A DNA stretch of 32,000 bases from Synechococcus sp. A15-24 (GTDB taxonomy: Bacteria > Cyanobacteriota > Cyanobacteriia > PCC-6307 > Cyanobiaceae). The notes below the pieces were generated by a model, which was not told where the DNA came from, made no database searches, and was given only the letters and a program-made list of their open reading frames with translations. Both the position numbers and the translations under genes were made by a program. This document shows, one piece after another, positions 8,649-14,949 of the stretch (the first letter of the stretch is position 1; every line of letters begins with the position of its first letter). The DNA lies in contig NZ_CP047960.1 in the NCBI RefSeq assembly GCF_014280195.1, forward strand, positions 1,830,001 through 1,862,000. The letters are read 5' to 3'.

Positions 8649-8952
8649 CGTGCCAAACCCAGGCCATCCAACCCATACGCCTGGCCTCTTCCATCCGGTA
8701 CCTAAGACCAGTTCGTAATCGTGGCATCGGTCCATAAATATATGGATTCTTATCAAGACCAAACTCCAGCCACCAACCTTGGTTATTTGGAAGGTTCTGA
8801 GGTGGGCTACATACCTTGCAGGATCGATCCACTGCCGTCTTGGCTGTCTTGGTGTCTATTCCCGCGTTGACGTACGTTGTGGCTCCACAGGACTGGCACT
8901 CAATGACTGTCCTTTTTCTGTTGTCTACATAGATTTCTTTAGCTGATTTCAT
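8590..8952 (-). CDS. hypothetical ~120-aa protein with CxxC...CxxC zinc-ribbon-like motif and Trp-rich C-terminus (island)
   Basis: CQSCG-(22 aa)-CKVC. ATG 8952 (MKSAKEIY...) is preferred over the track start at 9009. Confidence 0.5.
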   Translation of the reverse strand: MKSAKEIYVDNRKRTVIECQSCGATTYVNAGIDTKTAKTAVDRSCKVCSPPQNLPNNQGWWLEFGLDKNPYIYGPMPRLRTGLRYRMEEARRMGWMAWVWHDEYEEDRKGVQPQLQATKK

Positions 8953-9010
8953 TATTTGATTGGGTATTAGTTCACCTACATCACGAAGGACGTAGGAGAC
9001 TAATACCAAT

Positions 9011-9056
9011 ACGAACTATTGGAATCGAACCAATACGAGGTCACCAGACATTCGTT
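9011..9056 (-). other. tRNA-like fragment (T-arm plus acceptor-like helix), not a complete tRNA
   Basis: The minus strand reads ACGAA-N16-ATTGG-TTCGATT-CCAAT-AG-TTCGT. The T-loop consensus GGTTCGATTCC is present, but no D or anticodon arm can be drawn. Confidence 0.4.
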
Positions 9057-9069
9057 GAGCTAAACATAC

Positions 9070-9092
9070 CCATCCAAAAGGATGGCTTTTTT
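9070..9092 (+). terminator. intrinsic-terminator-like hairpin with T tract (plus strand)
   Basis: CCATCC-AAAA-GGATGG followed by C and TTTTTT. There is no plus-strand CDS within about 940 nt upstream. Confidence 0.45.
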
Positions 9093-9169
9093 ATGACATG
9101 TGATTTAGATGAACCAGTGCACCCAATCTGGTTGCTAACGGCCAATCACCTCCGTTAGCTAAGACAACC

Positions 9170-9192
9170 AACAGGTAATGCTCCTGTTTTTT
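9170..9192 (+). terminator. second terminator-like hairpin with T tract (plus strand)
   Basis: AACAGG-TAATGCT-CCTGTT running into a T6 tract. Confidence 0.35.
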
Positions 9193-9543
9193 GTTCGCTT
9201 GAAGGTTGTTGTATCCATACAGCATGAATAGTAATATCAAGATGTCCCTTCAATGGACATTGTGATATTCAGATTCAAGCTCGGCGAAAAGATCAAGTAA
9301 ATCTATTTATTTAACTTGTTGTTTGTTTTGTTCATCCAGTAAACAAAGAGTTGATAAGTAGAAACAAAAAGCGTTTCCAAAATCAACCAGGAGTTAGTAC
9401 AAGTTAAAGACAATGTGTCTTGTGGTTAACTTGTCTTTAGGCGGTACTTACAGAATGTCCGTCTCGCTGCGCTCGACCTGGACATTAATAAATGGGAAGG
9501 ATGTCTTCCCCAAAGGTACAAAAGCAACAGTCCCCCCTTCTCT

Positions 9544-9568
9544 TCCCCCTGTATAAGGCAGGGACCGC
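9544..9568 (+). repeat. solitary iteron-like copy downstream of the wHTH gene
   Basis: TCCCCCTGTATAAGGCAGGGACCGC matches the consensus of the 10089-10200 array. Confidence 0.6.
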
Positions 9569-9606
9569 TCTAAACCCAGGTGGGGACTGGTGTCTTAGGG
9601 TTACCT

Positions 9607-10014
9607 CTAACTTGCCTGCTTAGCCCTATCAGAAGCAGTGGCTGTGAAAAATGACATGGCATGTCTTACTGCATCAATCATGTCAGGGTGAACCACACGA
9701 TAAATCCGATGTTTACTACCTTTAGATGACGGCATTAATCCTTCAGCCTGAATAAAACCGTTGTCAAGGAGCAAATCAATGGCATTAATTACCTTTGCTT
9801 TCCCCATATGAAGTGTTTCAGCAATCGCCTTGTGTGACCAATTTGTTGTGCCACCACAGTCTCTACGATCTTTCCATTTCCTGTACATTCTTTTGTCATA
9901 TCGTAGATCCTGATACGCAGATTGATACATCAGGCTATACACAGCTACTGCTGCATAGCCCAATTTTGCTACTTCGGTAATTGGAGGCACGGTGTCTTTA
10001 AGAATAACTGTCAT
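9607..10014 (-). CDS. winged-helix/HTH DNA-binding protein (candidate iteron-binding initiator or regulator)
   Basis: HTH-like segment NWSHKAIAETLHMGKAKVINAIDLLLDNGFIQ followed by a wing-like SSKGSKHRIYRV. The gene is flanked by iteron-like repeats. Confidence 0.6.
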   Translation of the reverse strand: MTVILKDTVPPITEVAKLGYAAVAVYSLMYQSAYQDLRYDKRMYRKWKDRRDCGGTTNWSHKAIAETLHMGKAKVINAIDLLLDNGFIQAEGLMPSSKGSKHRIYRVVHPDMIDAVRHAMSFFTATASDRAKQAS

Positions 10015-10088
10015 TTAGATAATACTTACTTGTGTTCTATTTGGAACGCTTTAGTTGACTAGGTTGTGATCAGGCTCGGAGCGCTAGA

Positions 10089-10200
10089 TCCCCCTATATA
10101 AGTGTCGGATCGCTACTTCCCCCTGTATAAGTTAGGGATTGCCAGATCCCCCTGTATACGGTAGGGATCGATCGTTCTCTCTGTATCAGAGCCGTTTTGC
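10089..10200 (+). repeat. four tandem iteron-like repeats with an exact 29-bp period
   Basis: Copies start at 10089, 10118, 10147 and 10176: TCCCCCTATATAAGTGTCGGATCGC, TCCCCCTGTATAAGTTAGGGATTGC, TCCCCCTGTATACGGTAGGGATCGA, and the degenerate TCTCTCTGTATCAGAGCCG. Confidence 0.8.
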
Positions 10201-10436
10201 TGGATGCGGTAGCACTTTTAGAAGTTTCTATTGATCACCATGAATCTGTATTCGTCTTTCCTTACCTAGGAGCGAGTGGTTTGGTGGCTATTTAATTGTC
10301 CGTTGTGGGTATCCGGAGAGCCGCTGAGAGATGCTTTGGTGATTGTGAATAAGGGATTCATCGTTCGTGCCATTTGAGGCAGGTTGTAGGCGATCCTGAG
10401 TGGAGCAAATTATCAACTAGAAGTCCGTTAGTCATG

Positions 10437-11816
10437 TCATACATATTGCATAACTTCTTGTCCTCTTCCTCCAGACTTTCCAAACTCAAATTCAGTAAGC
10501 TCCTTAGCCTTCACAGCCATATCAAGACGTGCGTAATACCTCTCGCAAACAGCAACGGTATGACCAGCAAGCTTGGCAACGTCATAGATGCCTTTACCTT
10601 GAAGGATAAGGTTGCATATATAAGTGCTCCGCAATGAATACAAGGTGTAGTTGCGATCACTGAAGACATAAGGCTTCAGCGGCTCGTCCATCAACTTCAA
10701 CATATCTGTCCAAGACTGACCCATATACTCTCGTGAGTAAGGCTTCATCTCATGGTAAGGGTTGCCAAAAATGTATGTCTGGTCAGTTACTTCGACACCA
10801 GGACAATGCTTCGCAATGTACTCCTGCTGATACTGCTTCCAATCTTGTAGCTGCTTGTGGACACCATTAGCTGGCACAGTCCGCTGTCTACCTGTCTTGG
10901 ACTTCTTCACGTAGATCACGCTGATCCAGCGGTCAACACGCTTGCCTTCTGACTTCGAGTCCCGACCGACGTTCACTGAGTGGACATCACACCAGCGCAG
11001 TTGATTCAGCTCAACCATGGGTCGCAGCCCACAGTTACGAGCGATGATCACCCAGTGATAGAAGAGGCGATTTGAATAGTGACCTCTGTGATTGGGATTC
11101 TTCTCTGCTCTTTCACAGTTGCGCTTCAATGCAGCCAGAATTTTTCTCCAGTTAGATTCGTCCAGGGGAGGATTAGCATCGAGGTCACTGTCTGTGATTT
11201 TGATTTTTGGAATTAACTTCTTGTAGTCAATTTCCTTGCGCAGCAAGTTCTTGACACGCATAAAATTATCAACAAAGTCTTTGATAACTACTAGCTCTAG
11301 CTTTCTGGTTGACTTAGCTGCAGCCTTTCGCCAAACGGGATAGTCATGAAAGGTCTCCGTTTCTATGTGCTGTGAATGTGAGCATCCCTTCTCCCGCAAG
11401 TAGGGGAGCATGTGCATCCGAAGCGTTCTCTGCTTGTTCTCGTAGGTGTTGTGAGCAAGCAGACCAGCCTCAACCTTTGCGTGCTCACTCGCCAAGAACT
11501 CGTCAACACATCGTTTGATCTCCCAGGTCCTCAGACGAGCACGTACTGGCGGCACAGAAACAGCAGGAGCACCTGCATGCCTGACGACCTCTGAACCCTT
11601 TGGAAAAATCGACTCGGTTTTCCTAAGAGCCGTGTAGGCATCGATGCAGCCATCCAGTGCCTCCTCGATCGTTTCGGCGCCTTCGATCAAACGGGACCTG
11701 TACCTCTTGGTCCCCGGGATCAGCTCGCGGAAATAGAACTTCTGCGGCTCGCCCAAATAAGAGAAAACCACGCCCTTGCCGTTCAGGGCTTTGGCCTTCT
11801 CAGCGATCTTCGGCAC
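10437..11816 (-). CDS. tyrosine recombinase / phage-type integrase (large, ~460-475 aa); start GTG 11816 or TTG 11864
   Basis: Box I-like IIARNCGLRPMVELNQLRWCDV and box II-like LYSLRSTYICNLI...LAGHTVAVCERYYARL, with Arg, His and the terminal Tyr. Confidence 0.85.
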   Translation of the reverse strand: MPKIAEKAKALNGKGVVFSYLGEPQKFYFRELIPGTKRYRSRLIEGAETIEEALDGCIDAYTALRKTESIFPKGSEVVRHAGAPAVSVPPVRARLRTWEIKRCVDEFLASEHAKVEAGLLAHNTYENKQRTLRMHMLPYLREKGCSHSQHIETETFHDYPVWRKAAAKSTRKLELVVIKDFVDNFMRVKNLLRKEIDYKKLIPKIKITDSDLDANPPLDESNWRKILAALKRNCERAEKNPNHRGHYSNRLFYHWVIIARNCGLRPMVELNQLRWCDVHSVNVGRDSKSEGKRVDRWISVIYVKKSKTGRQRTVPANGVHKQLQDWKQYQQEYIAKHCPGVEVTDQTYIFGNPYHEMKPYSREYMGQSWTDMLKLMDEPLKPYVFSDRNYTLYSLRSTYICNLILQGKGIYDVAKLAGHTVAVCERYYARLDMAVKAKELTEFEFGKSGGRGQEVMQYV

Positions 11817-11853
11817 GACCAAGCTCCTGACGAACTGCCAGAAGACTAGCCAA

Positions 11854-11874
11854 AGTTTGTACAAAGTTTGAATA
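11854..11874 (+). promoter_or_regulatory. right-end tandem motif AGTTTGTACAAAGTTTGAATA (candidate arm-type site) overlapping the integrase 5' end
   Basis: 19/21 identical to 6282-6302. It lies 49 nt inside the right att-like repeat and over or just upstream of the integrase start. Confidence 0.5.
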
Positions 11875-11922
11875 ACGGGCCTAGATCAGGCCAAAAACCC
11901 TGCTGCAACAATGCTTTACCGC

Positions 11923-11968
11923 CTACGCCGAGCAGGGCGTGGACCTCAAACGGGGGGTTGACTATTAA
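11923..11968 (+). repeat. attR-like direct repeat, the displaced copy of the last cobO codons (YAEQGVDLKRGVDY*)
   Basis: CTACGCCGAGCAGGGCGTGGACCTCAAACGGGGGGTTGACTATTAA. Homology to cobO begins at the Tyr codon, and the copy is followed 9 nt later by the convergent moeB stop. Confidence 0.85.
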
Positions 11969-11977
11969 TTCAATGGG

Positions 11978-13111
11978 TCAGTAGCGCGGCACGGCCTGAT
12001 CCACCTGCACGGACCAGGCATCGATGCCCCCATCAACGTTGGTGGCCGTGATGCCCTGCTGAGCCAGCAGCTCCACGGCCTGGGCCGAACGGCCGCCGAG
12101 TTTGCAGTGCACGTAAAGACGCCTGGACTCCGCCAACCCGCGGATGCGGTCGATTGCCTCGCCGCTTTTGATCGAGGCCAGGGGGATCAGCACGGCCCCA
12201 GGAATCACAGCCACCTCGGCTTCAGCTGGATTGCGCACATCCAGCAGCACCAGATCATCGGCCGAGCCATCCAGCAGCGACTTGAGCTCGATCACGCTGA
12301 TGCTGTCCATGGAAGATGCCGTCGGTCGGCAGAACTGCTGGTAGTCAATCAAGCCATCGATCGCCGGCCGCTCCGGGTCACGCCGCAGCGTCAGCTCGCG
12401 AAACCGCATCGTGAGGGCATCCACCACCAACAGGCGGCCATCCAGGCTGCGGCCGATGCCCGTGATCAACTTGATCACCTCCGTCGCCTGGATCAAGCCG
12501 ATCAGGCCCGGCATCACCCCCATCACCCCCGCTTCCGCACAGGACGGCACCTGCTCCATCGGCGGTGGCTCCGGCAGCAGATCGCGGTAGTTGGGGCTCT
12601 CCGGCGTGCGGTTGAACACCGATGCCTGGCCGTCAAAACGCTGCACCGATCCGTAGATCAAGGGCTTTCCCTGCAACACGCAGGCGTCATTCACCAGGTA
12701 CCGCGTCGGGAAATTGTCCGAGCCATCACACACCAGGTCGTAACCGGCAATCATCTCCAGGGCGTTCTCCCGATCCAGCATCTGCTCATGCAGCTCCACC
12801 TGACAGTGGGGATTGAGCTCCTGCAGCCTGTGCGCGGCGGAGCGCCCCTTCGATTGGCCGAGCCAGTCCATGCCATGGATCACCTGGCGTTGCAGGTTGG
12901 ATAACTCCACAACATCGCCATCGACGATGCCGATCCGGCCGACACCGGCGGCAGCCAAATACAGCAACAACGGAGAACCCAGCCCACCGGCCCCCACACA
13001 GAGCACGGACGCCGCCTTGAGCCGCTCCTGTCCGGCCTGGCCCACCTCCGGCAACATCAGGTGGCGGGCATAACGGTTCCGCTCCTCCCTACTCAATTCC
13101 TCAATCGACAT
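11978..13111 (-). CDS. moeB: molybdopterin-synthase adenylyltransferase (ThiF/MoeB E1-like) with C-terminal rhodanese domain
   Basis: Nucleotide-binding VLCVGAGGLGSPLLLYLAAAGVG, a ThiF-family core, and a rhodanese active-site loop HCKLGGRS. Confidence 0.85.
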   Translation of the reverse strand: MSIEELSREERNRYARHLMLPEVGQAGQERLKAASVLCVGAGGLGSPLLLYLAAAGVGRIGIVDGDVVELSNLQRQVIHGMDWLGQSKGRSAAHRLQELNPHCQVELHEQMLDRENALEMIAGYDLVCDGSDNFPTRYLVNDACVLQGKPLIYGSVQRFDGQASVFNRTPESPNYRDLLPEPPPMEQVPSCAEAGVMGVMPGLIGLIQATEVIKLITGIGRSLDGRLLVVDALTMRFRELTLRRDPERPAIDGLIDYQQFCRPTASSMDSISVIELKSLLDGSADDLVLLDVRNPAEAEVAVIPGAVLIPLASIKSGEAIDRIRGLAESRRLYVHCKLGGRSAQAVELLAQQGITATNVDGGIDAWSVQVDQAVPRY

Positions 13112-13613
13112 CGATCGGCACCGGCCGCACCTGCCGATCCTCCTCCAGCCACCAGGCCCGCAGCCCCTGCTGAGCCGAGAGGATCAGCATCAGCTGGTGG
13201 GGGACGCCGCGACAGCGATCCGCCGCCGATGGAACCGGCGGGCTGTGGGGGTGGGAGTGGACCACACCGATGACCCGTAGTTGGTGTTGCCGGGACCAGC
13301 GCTGAGCCGCCAGTTGTTCGCGGGGGTCGAACAGAAAATTGCTGTCCCGGCCAGGTGTCTCACCCGCTCCCCACGGATGCAGATCCGGCTGTCGCCCCCA
13401 ACGGTTGCATCCAGGCCAGACGTGATCCAACCGCAGCGAGCTGCCCTCGCCCTGGGATCCGATCAACAACGCGCAGCCTTCCTCAGGCCAGCTCGCCAGC
13501 AAGGTGCGCTCCAGAATCGTGAGGCAACCAAAACGCAGCAACAGCTTGGATGGCGCAATCAACGAAGCGCCGATACGCTCTGCAGACCGTATAGACAGTT
13601 CTGTCGGTTCCAT
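13101..13613 (-). CDS. Mov34/MPN/JAMM-family metalloprotease; start uncertain (ATG 13613 or a downstream TTG/CTG)
   Basis: JAMM motif HSHPHSPPVPSAAD preceded by the conserved PEEGCALLIG Glu. Overlaps moeB by 11 nt. Confidence 0.75.
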   Translation of the reverse strand: MEPTELSIRSAERIGASLIAPSKLLLRFGCLTILERTLLASWPEEGCALLIGSQGEGSSLRLDHVWPGCNRWGRQPDLHPWGAGETPGRDSNFLFDPREQLAAQRWSRQHQLRVIGVVHSHPHSPPVPSAADRCRGVPHQLMLILSAQQGLRAWWLEEDRQVRPVPIDVD

Positions 13614-14004
13614 GAGTGACGCCACCACCGAAGTTAAGGACCCCGCGACCGACGCGACCCCTGCGGTGGAAGCGTCTGCAACGAGTACCGAAGACACCAC
13701 CTCGTTCACCGAGCGCTACAGCGAAGTGCTGGGCAAGGTGAATGACACCCTCGACCAGGTCGACTGGAACCAGATGGGTCGCATCGGCAAGATCGTCGGC
13801 ATCTTCGCTGCGGTGATCGTTGCTCAGATCCTGATCAAGGGCATCCTCGACACGATCAATCTGCTGCCTGTGGTGCCCGGCCTGCTGGAGCTGCTCGGCG
13901 TTGTGGTGGTGGGCCAGTGGAGCTGGAGAAACCTCACCACCAGCGACAAGCGCAGTGCTTTGGTGCAGCGGGTGCAGTCCCTGCGTCAGGAATACCTCGG
14001 CTGA
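13612..14004 (+). CDS. CAAD-domain / CurT-like thylakoid membrane protein
   Basis: Acidic N-terminus, then two hydrophobic helices. ILDTINLLPVVPGLLELLGVVVVGQWSWRNL resembles the CAAD/CURT1 core. Confidence 0.6.
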   Translation: MSDATTEVKDPATDATPAVEASATSTEDTTSFTERYSEVLGKVNDTLDQVDWNQMGRIGKIVGIFAAVIVAQILIKGILDTINLLPVVPGLLELLGVVVVGQWSWRNLTTSDKRSALVQRVQSLRQEYLG

Positions 14005-14008
14005 AGTC

Positions 14009-14899
14009 TTAATTGATCGATCGAGCCAGGCGCTTCAGGCAGTCCTGGCTCTGAGAGACGTAACTGCCTCCAAACAGGTTGGCGTGGTTCAACAGGTGAT
14101 ACAGGTTGTAGATCTCGACGCGCTCCTCCCAACCTGAGCGGTGCGGCAACACCTCGTTGTAGGCCCCATAAAAAGTTGCGCTGAAGCCGCCAAACATTCT
14201 GGTCATGGCCAGATCCACCTCGCGATCGGCCCACCAGCTGGCGGGGTCGTAAAGAGCACCGCGACCATCGTTCAGAGCCCCTGCATTGCCGCCCCACAGG
14301 TCTCCGTGCACCAGAGCAGGGCTTGGAGCATGGCCCTCAATCCGCTGACGCAGGCCAGTCAGCAACCGATCCAGCCACTCCTCTGAGAAAGAAAAATCCC
14401 TGGCCAGGGCCAACTGGGGCCGCAGCCGCAGCTCCACAAAGCAGGCACCCCATAGATCCCGCCATCCCCCCGGCTGGGGGCCTGCGCCGATGTAGCCATC
14501 CCGATCCCAGCCGAATCGCTGGGGCGAAGCCGCTTCCGATGCCTGATGCAGCAGTGCCAGGCCACGACCCAGGGCCCGCTGATCGCGGCCGCTGAGCTCC
14601 AGCCAGGGCAGCAGCAGCACCGCTCCGCTGGGCAGGGTTGCCAGATCCAGCGGTTTGGGCACCACCAGCCAATCCGGATCGGCATGGGCATGCAAGGCCT
14701 CAAGCGCCTCGGCCTCCACCTCAAACAGGGCCATGGCCTGGGGGTTGCCGCTTTTGGCAAACAGCCGCTCGCCGTCCGCCAGGGTCAGGCACCAGGCCTG
14801 GTGGATGCAGCCGCCCCCCACCGCACGCACACCCACCAGCTGGCGGCCCGGCAGTGGTCCAGTGGATGCCACCAACTCCTGCTGCAGTTGCGGGTGCAT
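14009..14899 (-). CDS. fructosamine/ketosamine kinase family protein
   Basis: [34 protein letters not shown] and [19 protein letters not shown] 14899 (MHPQLQQ) is preferred over the track start at 15052. Confidence 0.8.
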   Translation of the reverse strand: MHPQLQQELVASTGPLPGRQLVGVRAVGGGCIHQAWCLTLADGERLFAKSGNPQAMALFEVEAEALEALHAHADPDWLVVPKPLDLATLPSGAVLLLPWLELSGRDQRALGRGLALLHQASEAASPQRFGWDRDGYIGAGPQPGGWRDLWGACFVELRLRPQLALARDFSFSEEWLDRLLTGLRQRIEGHAPSPALVHGDLWGGNAGALNDGRGALYDPASWWADREVDLAMTRMFGGFSATFYGAYNEVLPHRSGWEERVEIYNLYHLLNHANLFGGSYVSQSQDCLKRLARSIN

Positions 14900-14949
14900 C
14901 GCCGGGACGGATCGCTTGTTGCCAGCATGCACCGGTACAAGGGTGCGCT

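Larger units (their letters stand above)
6225..11968. mobile_element. integrative island (integrase, wHTH plus iterons, cargo) inserted in the cobO 3' end, bounded by att-like repeats
   Basis: Abrupt GC drop, flanking 46-bp direct repeats, a tyrosine recombinase just inside the right repeat, and a shared tandem motif at both ends. Confidence 0.85.

Noticed and set aside
8649-8762. N-terminal 38 codons of the 108-aa ORF (MVLIRIHIFMDRCHDYELVLGTGW...)
   Set aside because: It reads as an out-of-frame shadow of the Trp-rich C-terminus of the 120-aa ORF, so I start this gene at ATG 8648. A frameshifted single gene cannot be fully excluded and is noted in the findings.
9001-9075. A complete tRNA gene on the minus strand
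   Set aside because: Only a T-arm and a 5-bp acceptor-like helix can be paired. A candidate 5' end GGGTATG has no complementary 3' strand, and no anticodon stem forms with either a 4- or 5-nt variable loop.
10089-10200. Possible CRISPR array
   Set aside because: The repeats are contiguous with a 29-bp period and no spacers, there are only four copies, they are degenerate, and no cas genes are present. The pattern fits iterons or operators.
10374-10637. Small ORFs antisense to island genes: 10374-10637(+), 11412-11594(+), 9795-9980(+), 6925-7134(-), 7326-7523(-), 7541-7780(+).
   Set aside because: They lie inside the integrase, wHTH or LRR-RTX genes, which have clear motifs, and there is no independent support. 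I also looked for an excisionase-sized ORF at 10015-10436 and found only ORFs of 35 codons or fewer with low complexity.
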